Origin: Octopus sinensis
Taxonomy: Eukaryota
Reading direction: 5' to 3'
Assembly (NCBI RefSeq): GCF_006345805.1
Contig: NC_042997.1
Location: forward strand, 90,458,001 to 90,522,000
DNA length: 64,000 nucleotides
Shown: positions 1 through 13,150 of the stretch, piece by piece
Layout of the letters: the number at the start of each line of letters is the position of its first letter
Position numbering within the stretch: the first letter of the stretch is position 1
Notes under the pieces: generated by a model
Told to the model about the DNA's origin: nothing
The model's input: only the letters and a program-made list of their open reading frames with translations
The model's database searches: none
Translations under genes and position numbers: made by a program

Positions 1-1
1 T

Positions 2-303
2 CCTCTATATAAAGGAAAAAGAGCCAGAACAATGTGTGGTAACTACAGAGGTATTGCTCTACTATCAACTGCCGGCAAGGTTCTGGCAAATATTCTTCTT
101 ACCCGTCTGAATGGGTGTCTCGTAAATGATGTCCTATCTGAATCTCAATGTGGCTTCCGATCTGGTAGAGGGACAATGGATATATGATTTTCACAGCAAG
201 ACAGATGCAGGAGAAGTGCTATGAGCAGAATATGGATCTTGTCCAGGTATTCATTAATTTAACTAAGGCCTTTGATACTGTAAATAGGGCCTTTCTATGG
301 AAA
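2..303 (+). mobile_element. Non-LTR retrotransposon (RTE-clade LINE) reverse transcriptase fragment, frameshifted
   Basis: Manual translation: PLYKGKRARTMCGNYRGIALLSTAGKVLANILLTRL...ESQCGFRSGRGTMD, then a frameshift to MIFTARQMQEKCYEQNMDLVQVFINLTKAFDTVNRAFLWK. These are the NYRGI-LLS, QCGFR and (D)LxKAFD RT motifs. Confidence 0.9.
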
Positions 304-1591
304 AGGCCCTATTTTAGGGTGATTGTCTTAACCTTCAGGAAATAGCAACTAAATTTCCCTCAAATTACACTGTGCTATCTTAGAAATTGATAATCTAATT
401 CTGGATAATCTGATCCTGAGTTCTTTCCACCCAGGAAGGTAAGAACAATACGTGATGGCCATGGTTACAATACTTTTGATAATGTTTGCTCCATCGGGAC
501 TGATCCGGTGCTAAACAGCATCTGCGAAATCGTACCCCAAATAACATATACACATTAATTGTCGTGCTACTTAGTTTCCTACAGCATCCAACATTATCCA
601 CCTATCATTGACACACCCAAGCTTTATACATGGCACCAAACAATATCACGAAATACAGTAACGCGGCACCCTATCAAATATATCCACACTGCCATACTTC
701 GACCATAGCCACACTTATTTTAATACATAGCTGCCGGCTACCCAATCTGGTCATGTTTACAGCAGCTTGACTGGTTGATCAGGCTAGAAACCAAGATGTC
801 TGATATGGAGTATAGATCGAATCTATATGTTCGATCAATAAAGACTGACTGGGTGCTCAACAAGAATAGCGACAACAATAACAACAACGAGGACATTGAA
901 ATTAAAACAGTCACCAGCTCTAACCTTCAAAACAACCTCCGCCAAAAACAATACCAAAAATCCTACCCTGCACTCTAATCCTCATTATCAACACTTCTAT
1001 CGGTACTACCACTACAACTACTACCACTAATACCTACACCTTCACCCCCATTTGATACCCGCCAGAATTGTCTGACAATGCTCTGATATCCCTTTGATCT
1101 GCTACCGCAGTCAGTACTCTACGCCCTCAAGGCGAAACAACAGAGAAGAGTGGGTTAAATAAGTCGTTTTCTTCTCCTTTTGTTCCTTCAACACAGCATC
1201 CTTTGAATCGCAGATTGCACAAGATAAGGAACCAGGGTAGATGCTTCATAATATGAAAATGTCCTGCATCCATTATTACAAAGAAGCTCCGGATGATCCA
1301 TCACGAATAGGATACGGCAGAACACTAAAAACCAGCATCATGACACATTAACACAATAATAAAACTATGTATACCACCACCACTACCAACAACAACAACA
1401 ACAACAACTACAGCCTATATGCGTAGCTCGTTCTCTTAGAATTAGCCTGCAATCTACTTCAAATCACACCCTAACAACTTAAATTCTTAAAGAAACGTTG
1501 GATAACGTAATCGCAAATATATATGTATGCGTAACACACACATGTATATGTAAGTATGTACGTATACATTCATAGATACACACATATATAA

Positions 1592-1624
<33 letters not shown>

Positions 1625-1762
1625 TACATATACACATATGTGTGCATATGTATTTATGCATAAATGTATATTTACATGCATAGATACCTCGAACACACAC
1701 ATATAAACATATATATATGTATAATTTTTATATATAAATGTGTGTGTGTATATATACATACA

Positions 1763-1820
<58 letters not shown>

Positions 1821-2276
1821 CTTGGAAAAAAAACATGATAATCATGGCTGAAAAATCTTCGTTTATAGGTTTGTTTGATACGAGATGACAGCGGGTGGGG
1901 TGGGGTGGGGGCGGGGGCTGACCTTTACACATAATCAACAACAACTGTGTCGTCAGGTTACATAGAACAAATATAATATCTTCACACACTCTTAAACACC
2001 ATCATTGAGGAGATTACAATTCATACAAAATATCCTGGTACATAGACAATTCAGCTAACACAAGCTAACTTCATTTATATCCTCAATAGCTACGCCTACG
2101 CTATAACCAACACACCTGCATATGTCAGGAAGCTATTTAAAATGACAAACTACTCTCCTGACGTCACTTATTGCTTTGCATTCCAAATTACCCTAACCAT
2201 TTGACAAATAATCCTCAGTTCAACTCAAACCATCTCCCCATCATCATGTTACATTTTAATATTTCACTTACGTTAA

Positions 2277-2490
2277 GGTGATGAGCTGGAAGAATCGTTA
2301 GCACGCCGGACAAAATGTTTAGCGGCGTTTCATAGATCACTACGTTCTGAGTTCAAATTTTGTCTAGGTCGTCTTTGCTGTTCATCCTTTCTGAGTCGAC
2401 AAAATAAATACCAGTTGAACACTGGGGTCAATGTAATTGACTTTCCTCGCTCACCGAAATTGCTGGCCTTGTGCCAAAATTTGAAATCAG
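2277..2490 (+). mobile_element. tRNA-derived SINE, family B (GGCGGCGAGCTGGCAGAA head; CCTTTCATCCTTTCGGGGTCGATAAA central domain)
   Basis: Pol III-type head with GAGTTCAAAT B-box. Homologous copies at about 7985-8095(-), 8128-8342(+), 23580-23976(-), 31615-32008(-), 32530-32720(+), 41290-41485(+), 43060-43480(-) and 55010-55150(-). Confidence 0.8.
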
Positions 2491-2565
2491 TATTTTGCTT
2501 AGGCATTGCGATACTAATAATTCGGTTTAGAATTCAATATATATATATATATATATAATATATAT

Positions 2566-2624
<59 letters not shown>

Positions 2625-2642
2625 AATTCAACAGCAAATATA

Positions 2643-2684
<42 letters not shown>

Positions 2685-2865
2685 ATTAGGGCTTAGTAAA
2701 ATAAATTACTTTGCCACATACTGAACTTAGTAGAAATAGCAGCCAAAAAAAATTTTCTTAGCATTTCTACTACTTAAAGAAAATTTCTCTCAGATAATGT
2801 TTACTCCAGACAGCTCACGAAGGTTTGGGGGTAAATACAGAAAAATATCACAAGTACATAGATCG

Positions 2866-2928
2866 TTTGAGTACGTCAACGTTTCAAGATTAGCCAAATA
2901 AAATCAGCATTTCTTTCGTCAGCTCAAA
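2866..2928 (-). ncRNA. Type I hammerhead ribozyme (copy 1)
   Basis: Minus strand: TTTGAG-CTGACGA-[AAGA...TCTT stem II]-GAAA-CGTTGACG-TA-CTCAAA. Stem I is TTTGAG/CTCAAA and the cleavage triplet is GUA. Confidence 0.85.
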
Positions 2929-3432
2929 ATTCTTATTTGGATTTGGGAACACTAAAAAGAAGGAACTTTACCTATCAGCGAACTTGTCGCTTCAGATGAA
3001 CCACTCCAACTAAACAGTGTCAACAAATTCAAAATGCGCAGGCGTAAAATTCTGCACTCCCCATTCCACCCACGTGGTCTATCTAGCAAACATCATATTT
3101 TAACCGCGAGAACCGAGGCAGTATGACCGAGAGAAATGAATTATAATATCAACAATTGAGGGTAAAATTAATTAATTAATCAATTTCACCAAGTGTTCAG
3201 TATGTAAAAGGACCATTTAAGGCGAATTCAAAATATTACATTATATAATTAGGGCTTAGTAAAATAAATTACTTTGCCACATACTGAACTTAGTAGAAAT
3301 AGCAGCCAAAAAAAAAAAATTTTCTTAGCATTTCTACTACTTAAAGAAAATTTCTCTCAGATAATGTTTACTCCAGACAGCTCACGAAGGTTTGGGGGTA
3401 AATACAGAAAAATATCACAAGTACATAGATCG

Positions 3433-3495
3433 TTTGAGTACGTCAACGTTTCAAGATTAGCCAAATAAAATCAGCATTTCTTTCGTCAGCTCAAA
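3433..3495 (-). ncRNA. Type I hammerhead ribozyme (copy 2)
   Basis: Same motif as 2866-2928, one repeat unit (567 bp) away. Confidence 0.85.
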
Positions 3496-4129
3496 ATTTC
3501 TTAATTTGGATTTGGGAACACTAAAAAGAAGGAACTTTACCTATCAGCGAACTTGTCGCTTCAGATGAACCACTCCAACTAAACAGTGTCAACAAATTCA
3601 AAATGCGCAAGCGTAAAATTCTGCACTCCCCATTCCACCCACGTGGTCTATCTAGCAAACATCATATTTTAACCGCGAGAACCGAGGCAGTATGACCGAG
3701 AGAAATGAATTATAATATCAACAATTGAGGGTAAAATTAATTAATTAATCAATTTCACCAAGTGTTCAGTATGTAAAAGGACCATTTAAGGCGAATTCAA
3801 AATATTACATTATATAATTAGGGCTTAGTAAAATAAATTACTTTGCCACATACTGAACTTAGTAGAAATAGCAGCCAAAAAAAATTAATTTTACCCTCAA
3901 TTGTTGATATTATAATTCATTTCTCTCGGTCAAACTGCCTCGGTTCTCGCGGTTAAAATATAGTGTTTGCTAGATAGACCACGTGGGTGGAATGGGGAGT
4001 GCAGAATTTTACGCCTGCGCATTTTGAATTTGTTGACACTGTTTAGCTGGAGTGGTTCATCTGAAGCGACAAGTTCGCTGATAGGTAAAGTTCCTTCTTT
4101 TTAGTGTTTCCAAATCCAAATTAAGAAAT

Positions 4130-4192
4130 TTTGAGCTGACGAAAGAAATGCTGATTTTATTTGGCTAATCTTGAAACGTTGACGTACTCAAA
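4130..4192 (+). ncRNA. Type I hammerhead ribozyme (copy 3, inverted arm)
   Basis: TTTGAG(4130) CTGACGA(4136) AAGAAATGCTGATTTTATTTGGCTAATCTT GAAA(4173) CGTTGACG TA(4185-4186) CTCAAA. Confidence 0.85.
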
Positions 4193-4487
4193 CGATCTAT
4201 GTACTTGTGATATTTTTCTGTATTTACCCCCAAACCTTCGTGAGCTGTCTGGAGTAAACATTATCTGAGAGAAATTTTCTTTAAGTAGTAGAAATGCTAA
4301 GAAAATTTTTTTTTTTTGGCTGCTATTTCTACTAAGTTCAGTATGTGGCAAAGTAATTTACTTTACTAAGCCCTAATTATATAATGTAATATTTTGAATT
4401 CGCCTTAAATGGTCCTTTTACTGAACACTTGGTGAAATTGATTAATTAATTAATTTTACCCTCAATTGTTGATATATATATATATAT

Positions 4488-4553
<66 letters not shown>

Positions 4554-4554
4554 C

Positions 4555-4613
<59 letters not shown>

Positions 4614-4618
4614 AGGTT

Positions 4619-4718
4619 TCTTTTACTGATGAAGTGTGACCTATGGTAGACTAGCTTAATTTAATTAATTAAGCTGGTCTATCATTAAAGACACTGAAAC
4701 GATGCATCGTATAAAAGA
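4619..4718 (+). ncRNA. Type I hammerhead ribozyme with very long stem II (second family), within a ~240-bp (TA)n-flanked element at 4611-4850
   Basis: TCTTTTA CTGATGA(4626) AGTGT...ACACT GAAA(4696) CGATGCATCG TA TAAAAGA. It has a 7-bp stem I and a palindromic stem III (ACGATGCATCGT). Confidence 0.85.
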
Positions 4719-5616
4719 TGAATTAGGGTAAATGTTTTTAAATTTTCACCTTATTTCCGAATTACACTACTTGGCGGTTGGAGTTCTGGCTGCTCTTTCT
4801 GGTGGATGAATGGCCTGTTTAGGCCATTCCTAAATTGTTATATTTATATTTATATATATATATATATATGCTTCAGAGCATATATATAAGACACTGAGTT
4901 CTAGACTTGTTAAAAGCTAAGCTTCCCCCCACCCCCGGATCTTTACGTTCTGCTTTCAAATCCCGCCGTGTTCAACTTTTCTTTTCATGCTTGCAGCGTT
5001 CAGAAAATAAATGTCAAGTACGGTTGACTTCTCCGTCCCCATCCAAATCTGTGGTTTTATGTTTATGCGAGAAGTAATTACTTTCTGGTATTGTAGCAGC
5101 TAGCTTGCTTTACAGAAATATTCTTATCATGTTGCGTCAAGAAATGAGATTAATCGATAACTTTATTAATAATCATTGCTGACCTCTTTATTATTAAGGC
5201 AATTAATAAGATTGGATTAGTTCCACTGTTTTCAATATCAGAGCTATGTACACGGGCTAAATATGGTGATTAGGGAAAATGCAAAAGGCATCTTCACACA
5301 CAACTAACTCATCAACTCTGCAAACATCACAATGAGCATTGTTAAGCAAAACGTTTCATTGGTGCCGCAGCCGTGATGCAGGTTTGTGTCTGCGGTTTCG
5401 ATTTCCGGGAACTGCGATGTGACTTTATTTATATTGTAAATACTCTTAGAAAAGTGACGGATATCAAGGCTTCTCGTTTCATTTTAAATTCAAATAAAAA
5501 GCCTCTGTGTCGTGTTAAAGGAGAAAGGAAATTCCACAAAAAGTGGCTGGTTATTGTCTTCTTCTTCTTCCAATTAGGACTCACGCCATTATTCACAAAG
5601 AATAATCACTAATTTG

Positions 5617-5748
5617 ACCCTCCCCGCCGGAGCCTCGTGGAGCTTGGGTGTTTTTGCTCAATAAACACTCACAAAAGGTTTGGGAATCGAAACCACGTTC
5701 TTATGACCGCGAGTCCGCTGCACTAACCACTGGGCCATTGCGCCTCCA
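5617..5748 (-). mobile_element. tRNA-derived SINE family D, 5' fragment
   Basis: Reverse complement reads GGAGGCGCAATGGCCCAGTGGTTAG...GGTTTCGATTCCC, homologous to 49322-49632. Confidence 0.75.
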
Positions 5749-6009
5749 CGCTGGTTGTTGCTATTACAGCAGCTGTAGTTGCAATTGCAGTTATTGTAGC
5801 GCTGGCGTTGCTGCTGTTGCTGCTGCTGTTATTGTTGTTGTTTGTTAGCTTCGAGTCAACCCCTGAACCGATCTCCGTCGTGGCCATCTTGTCTTCTTTT
5901 TGTTTCCAGGCATAGTGTACCGTGGAAAACATTATTCAATTTGCCTTGCTTTTCTTTTAAGACAGAAGGGTGCGATATGCGAATTAGATTATCTTTTATT
6001 TTCTATCTT

Positions 6010-6423
6010 CTATCTTTTACTTGTTTCAGCCATTAGGCTGCGGCCATGCTGGAACACAGCTATGAAGAATTTTTAGTTGAATGAATCGACCCCAGTACTC
6101 ATTTTCTTTAGGCCTAGTACCCATTCTATCAGTCTATTTTGCCGAACCACTAATTACAGGGACGTACACACACCAACACTGGTTGTCAAGCTGTGGTAGA
6201 GGACAAACACAGACACAAAAACATGCAAACACACGCACACAAACACACAGACACATTTACGACTGGCTTCTTTCAGTTTCCATCTACCAAATCCTCTCAC
6301 AAGGTTTTGGTCGCCCCGAGACTATAGTAGAAGACACTTGCCCGAGGTGCCATGCATGAGAGCTGAACTCAGAACCAAAGGCTTGGGAAGCAAGCCTTTT
6401 ACCACACAGCAACGCCTGCACCT
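6010..6423 (-). mobile_element. tRNA-derived SINE family A
   Basis: Homologous along its length to 9986-10468 and 39622-40003. Confidence 0.8.
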
Positions 6424-6919
6424 ATTAGGCTACTATTTCCTGCAAGTCGAGGAACAGTTAGTGGTTTCTTCATTGGCTGATACTTAGCACACGTGAGAGG
6501 AGATAAAGTGGGTATTGGGGGTGGTATGAAACTGCCTGCGGTAATTATTTAAGTTAAAACGACACTTAGACTATTTTTTAAGTTTCTTGAGATTCAAATC
6601 ACAAGACTGTATACACACACAAACACGCACCTATATAAGTACACACAGACACACAGACACACACACAAACACGCACCTATATAAGTACACACACACACAC
6701 ACACACACACACCACACACAAGCACGCAAACACACACACACGCATGCAAGCATGCGCGCCCACACTTGCATAAATAAGAGGTTTAAGTGACAGACAGATG
6801 GACAGATAAATGTGCTGATAAAGGCAGTTACAAGAGGGAAAGCAGGTAGACAGACGGACCGAAAGGCTGATCGACAAACAGACAGACAGACAGACAGATA
6901 GACAGACAGGTAGATAGGT

Positions 6920-7008
<89 letters not shown>

Positions 7009-7047
7009 CACAAGTGTATGTGCGTGGCGTTCAAATATATAATAATA

Positions 7048-7861
7048 CTAGCAGTATAGCTCGGCGTTGCTCGGGTTTGTTTTTTAGTTGCGCTTAAAAC
7101 GGCAGACTTTGATGTCACGTTAACAAAGTTTTGACAGTTTCAAACTATGAATAAAAGTATAGTGTGGCGATGCTCCAGTTTGCTCTGAATGTACTGCAAA
7201 TGTGTAATGCCGACTTCAATTGTTGGTATTGTTGGTTAATATTCCTTCTATTAACATTATGGAGAAAAAATTTACCCGTAGGTTTAAAGCAAAGTGAAGC
7301 TCAAGTTTCGAACTGCACTGAAAATCTATTAAGAAGTTAACACTGCAACAGTATTCATTAAGAAAAAGTACAGGAAAATCCAAAACGTTAGTAAGAGCAG
7401 TTTGTGGTTACAAAAACAAAAACAACAAAAAATGTTATTTTGAAGCCAAACGGGTGGGCAACAGGAATCGTGGTTGTACCTGTAAAATGAATAAAATCGA
7501 CTATTTTACATCACGTATAACTAAAAAAAATCTGTAAAATCAAAACATACCCATTGAAGGCTTCATTTTAACATCGCAGATAGTAACATCATGCAGATCG
7601 CACATTTTCTGGTTGAAATACACCGAAAAATGGCGACACAGTAGTCAAAAAATCGTAAAAAATAGGGATTTTCATAGAAAAAAAGAACCTTTTTGGAGTA
7701 AATAATTTTTGGTCTTAACATGGTTCGATTTGAATTTTTTCTTTTACGGAATGAAGAGCAAGCCTTAACTCGCGCCGCAGGGTCTCGGAGGAGATAGTGT
7801 TAGTTGAAGGCTACCAAACCTGCCACACACACATAGACAACTTCAGCTTTATATATATAGA
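7048..7861 (-). mobile_element. Non-autonomous Helitron
   Basis: Minus strand begins A|TCTATATATATAAAG (5'-TC) and ends with an imperfect GC hairpin (CCCGAGCAACGCCGAG) about 8 nt before CTAG|T. It is inserted between A and T with no TSD. Confidence 0.75.
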
Positions 7862-9401
7862 TAAATAAAATATATATAGGCATATATACATACATATATG
7901 TACATACTGACATATATATACATATATATGTCAGTATGTACATATATTTATGTATGTATATATGCCTATATATATATTTTATTTATGAAAGGCGAATTCA
8001 ATCTCGGCAGATTTTAAACTCAGAACGTAAAGACGGACGAAATGCTACTAAGCACTTTGTCCGGCATGCTAAAGATTCTGCCAGCTCGCCGCCTTGTGAC
8101 CGTACTTCATATTTAAGTATCAGTAAGACGGCAAGCTGGCAGAATGGTTATCACGCCGGGCGAACTACATAGCAGCATTTAGTCCGTCATTACGTTTTCA
8201 GTTCGAATTCCGCCGTGATCGACTTTGCCTGTCATCCTTTAGGCGTCGATAAAATAAGTACCAGTTGATCATTGGAGTCGATGTAATCGACATACGTCCT
8301 CCCGTGGAATTGCTGGCCTTGTGTCAAAACGTGAAATCAATATTATGTTTCAGAGGTTATTTTATATATTTTTCTGAAACCAATTTAATAAGCTGTATTT
8401 GACGTTGAATGTAATATAAGCGATTCATTCAAATTTAAATACAAAACACCAGGAAAAAAGAGAGATATGAAAGGAAAAGGAAAAGGAGGTGGTAAAGCAG
8501 CAGAAGTTGAAAGGGGAGAGGGCAATGGATCACACATCCCAAACCAAATGGTGTCCTCAGCTGCGCCGGTAATGATCGTGATGGCGTTGCTGCAGAGAAT
8601 GGCCAACGACATTCGCTACTGCAGCCACTCCACCTCGCAGGACTCACTTCTCCGATGGGCTGCCGTCATCCCTATTTTACTGAAGAAATCTGTAGTACAG
8701 GATCCTTAAATCACCAAGCCCCTATAATTATTGATTTTCCTTTCTTCTGCATCACGAGCGGCGACACCCGGGTTTGCAGCCGACGCTGCAAGATTGGAAC
8801 CGGCGAACGTGTCGCTGCTTGCCACGTCCCACTGGTTATTGTTTATTGTAGTTATTTTTGTTGATGTTGTTACTGTACCTGTTGTGGTTCTCGTTGTAGT
8901 CGTTACTGTTGTTATGCTGTTTTATTTTATTGACGCCATTACTGCTTCTGTTGACGACAACGACAATAATGATGATGATGATGATGATGCTCATCGTGAT
9001 ATATCGCCAGATGGCAATCATTTTTTTTCCTTTACGCTCTTGCTATTTTTGTTGCTTTTCTTCCGCTTTCTATCTGGTTTCCTCTTTTTCACCCCACTTC
9101 TTCCACATTCTATACTTCCGCCTCCGCATCAACATCATCATGATCATGATCATGATCATCATTGTCATGATCATTATTATTACCATCATAATCATCATCG
9201 TCATCATTGTCAACATCATCATTGTCAACATCATCACTGTCACCAGCAAGTGACACGCGCGCAAGCGCTTTGAATTTGCAACAAATATGAGCATATCTTA
9301 TATAGATTTCTGGGAATATTGTTGTTGTTGTTGTTGTTGCTGTTGCTCTTCTTCTTCTTCTTCCTCCTCTTCTTCTTCTTCTTCTTCTTCTTCTTCTTCT
9401 T

Positions 9402-9434
<33 letters not shown>

Positions 9435-9985
9435 CCTTCTTCTTCTCTCTGTCATTGTTCTGTTCATCTTTTCATTTGCTACTCTACGATTAAAAAATAT
9501 AATAAGAGAGCCCCAACAGACTGTAAGCGATGCGAGGTACTTGAGTAGATGTGCATAGTGGAATAAACACAAATTTCTAGACCGCTAAGTGGCTTTTGAG
9601 ATACCTCGCTTTTTCACTTTCTCTTTCCCTCTCATTCTTTCACCGTCTTTCCCTCTCCCCCCCCCCACTTCCTCTCATGTACAAACACGGGTATATAGCT
9701 GATTCTACACCCGTTTCCACAATGAATATTCAGTTGTTCGATCAATTGAATAACCTCCTCACCTCTTAATGTGTACGTATTTCAACATGTACCATTCACT
9801 TAACATTTCCATAATTAGTCATGTTCCATTTTCATTCTACATTTCTGCAGGGCGTCCTCTACAGACGAGATTTGTAAGTTGCTAATGTTTTACTGTGCAG
9901 TTTTCATTGGTGTTGAGAGCATAATGATTGTTCCTTGTTGAGAACACACGGTTTGCTCACAGGAAAGCAACGTACATGTGTGAGT

Positions 9986-10199
9986 GTACTCTTTTACTCT
10001 TTTACTTGTTTCAGTAATTTGACTGCGGCCATGCTGGAGCACCGCCTTTAGTCGACCAACTCGACCCCGGGACTTATTCTTTGTAAGCCAAGTACTTATT
10101 CTATCGGTCTCTTTTGCCGAACCGCTAAGTGACGGGGACGTAAATACACCAGCATCGGTTGTCAAGCAATGCTAGGGGGACAGACACAGACACAAACAT

Positions 10200-10257
<58 letters not shown>

Positions 10258-10468
10258 TATATTATATATATATATATAATATATATATATATACATACAT
10301 ATATACGACGGGCTTCTTTCAGTTTCCGTCTACGAAATCGACTCACAAGGCTTTGGTCGGCCCGAGGCTATAGTAGAAGACACTTGCCCAAGGTGCCACG
10401 CAGTGGGACTGAACCAGGAACCATGTGGTTTGTAGGCAAGCTACTTACCACACAGCCACTCCTGCGCC
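9986..10468 (-). mobile_element. tRNA-derived SINE family A, full length, with internal (TA)/(TG) microsatellite
   Basis: Head GGCGCAGGAGTGGCTGTGTGGTAAG...GGTTCAGTCCC, then CCTTGGGCAAGT, and a (GTAAAAGA)n tail. About ten homologous copies occur in the window. Confidence 0.85.
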
Positions 10469-10825
10469 TATGTGTGTGACAATTTTTATTAAATTGTATT
10501 ACATATATTAGCACGTAGTTTCCTGTCTTACTCTTATGTTTTTGTCCTCTAAATGCTAAGAAATTTTATTTGGGAACTTCACCAACTCATTGATGTTTGC
10601 TGCAATGGATGCAGCCAGATAGCTTGTCTTCGGACTTTAAACATGTCAAAACTTCGGTGATTCTGAGTAAAGAGAGGTGTTCCATATTTTATCGCCTTTT
10701 CCGTTATCCCATATCCAATTCGACATTTGCTCCAAGGTTTCTAACATCTTACTAGTTATATTATTACTGTTGTATAGATGTGTATATATATATATACACA
10801 CATCTTACTACTTATATTGTTACTG

Positions 10826-10861
<36 letters not shown>

Positions 10862-10871
10862 GTTTACACAA

Positions 10872-10903
<32 letters not shown>

Positions 10904-11162
10904 ACATATACATCCACATATGCATTATATATGTAAATATATATATATATGTATATATGGGCATATACATGCAAATATATATATGTGTATATATCTATCT
11001 ATCTATATATATATACATATATATGTGAGTGTGCATATAAATACGTATACATAGGCATAAATATATATGTATATTATATAATACATATGTGCGTATATAT
11101 GAGCATGTATTTTAATTATATTCATATACATATGAATGTATATGCATGTATGTGCATATATA

Positions 11163-11228
<66 letters not shown>

Positions 11229-11282
11229 ACATGCTTGCATGCATCATTATATATATATATGTGTGTGTGTGTGGTATATATG

Positions 11283-11325
<43 letters not shown>

Positions 11326-11341
11326 ATACACACACACACAC

Positions 11342-11417
<76 letters not shown>

Positions 11418-12014
11418 GATGCATGCAAGCATGTATGCATTCAAAAATACATATTTTCATCAAAGCAGCTGCATATTTGCTTTGCATAGAAATACAAACA
11501 TTTTCAAATACCACCCATATACACACTGCACGCACACTGCACGCACTCTGCACGCGCACACACACACACACACACATGCACGCACGCACACACACACACA
11601 TACTCACACTCACATACAGACACATACATATGTATACACATATATATACACACACGCATACATATATATATATAAAGATATACACACGTAAATACATATA
11701 CATATATCTACATATATATATATATATATACGTACACACTGATTCACACTTTGCTTCTAACAAAGGATAATATGGGAGATGTATGAAGGTGTAAGCTAGC
11801 AATAAAATTCCTTGGTGTCAAAACACGAGCTGATTTCGCCAATATTACTTGTTATTTAACATCCAGCACTTAGATGTTTACCTGCCAAAAGTTGAACAAC
11901 TTGCCGAAGACAGAGGTGTCTATAAGATTTCACTGTTGCAAATTATTTTCGAGAAATTTGCGATAGTAGATCACTCCAATATGGATTTATATCCAGTAAT
12001 TAACGCTATACTGG

Positions 12015-12043
12015 TAATAATAATAATGATAATAATAATAATA

Positions 12044-12132
<89 letters not shown>

Positions 12133-12208
12133 AGTGATGATGATGATGATGATGATGATGGTAGTGATGATGATGATGATGATGATGATGGTGATGATGA
12201 CGGTGATG

Positions 12209-12240
<32 letters not shown>

Positions 12241-12678
12241 AATGATGATAATGATGATGATGGTGATGATGATGATGATGACGGTGATGATGATGGTGAT
12301 GATGATGATGATGAGGAGGAGGAGGAGTAGGAGGAGGACGAGGATTTCATTTATTTGTCATAAGGGCGAATAATAACCATCGCTGCCGCCATCGCCGCCA
12401 CTAGCGGCGCAAGTACTGATACCACCACCGCTATCCCAACAACAGCCAACAAAGACAATAATGGTGGTGAAGATGATGACGATGATGATGATGATGATGA
12501 GCAGAAGGAGGAGGATGTTGATGAGGATGATGAGGAGGGTCAGGATGAGGATGATGATGATGAAGATGACGATAATTATGATAATGATCATGGTATTAAT
12601 AATATGACATTAATAAGAGCGGTCACTCCCGTCGATTTTGACGTATGAGCGTTTGAAGGGAACTATGGGAAATAACGA

Positions 12679-12736
<58 letters not shown>

Positions 12737-13031
12737 AGTGGTCGTCGTTGTCGTGGTGGTCGTCGTGGTGGTCGTGGTGATGGTGGTCGTGGTGGTGGTG
12801 GCGGCGGCGGTGGCGGCAGTAGTAGTTGTGGTGGTGGTCGTCGTAATGGTGGTATATTAGTGGCGGCGGCGGCAGCGGCGGTGGCGGCGGCGGCAGCGGC
12901 GGTGGCAGCGGCGGCAGCGGCGGTGGCGGCGGCGGCAGCGGTAGTGGTGGTGGCGGTTATGGTTGCGGTGGTTAATTGTGGTGGTGGTTGTAGAGGTAGT
13001 AGCAGGTGCATTAGCAGTAGCAGAAGCAGCT

Positions 13032-13082
<51 letters not shown>

Positions 13083-13083
13083 A

Positions 13084-13124
<41 letters not shown>

Positions 13125-13150
13125 TTCGTTGTTGTCGTTGTTGTTGTTGT
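12015..13150. repeat. Compound trinucleotide microsatellite field (GAT/GGT/AGT/GGC)
   Basis: Seen directly; produces poly-M, poly-S and poly-A ORF artefacts. Confidence 0.95.

Larger units (their letters stand above)
2678..4475. repeat. Tandem (about 2.1 x 565 bp) plus inverted (about 1.04 unit) non-coding repeat carrying hammerhead ribozymes; retrozyme / non-autonomous Penelope-like element
   Basis: The unit start TTATATAATTAGGGCTTAGTAAAATAAATT recurs at about 2678, 3241 and 3810. 3884-4475 is the reverse complement of the unit. Both outer ends merge into (TA)n. Confidence 0.9.

Noticed and set aside
3274-4351. Identical 64-aa ORFs on opposite strands
   Set aside because: A by-product of the inverted repeat. 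The first tandem copy is frameshifted in the A-run, and the ORFs are antisense to the ribozyme.
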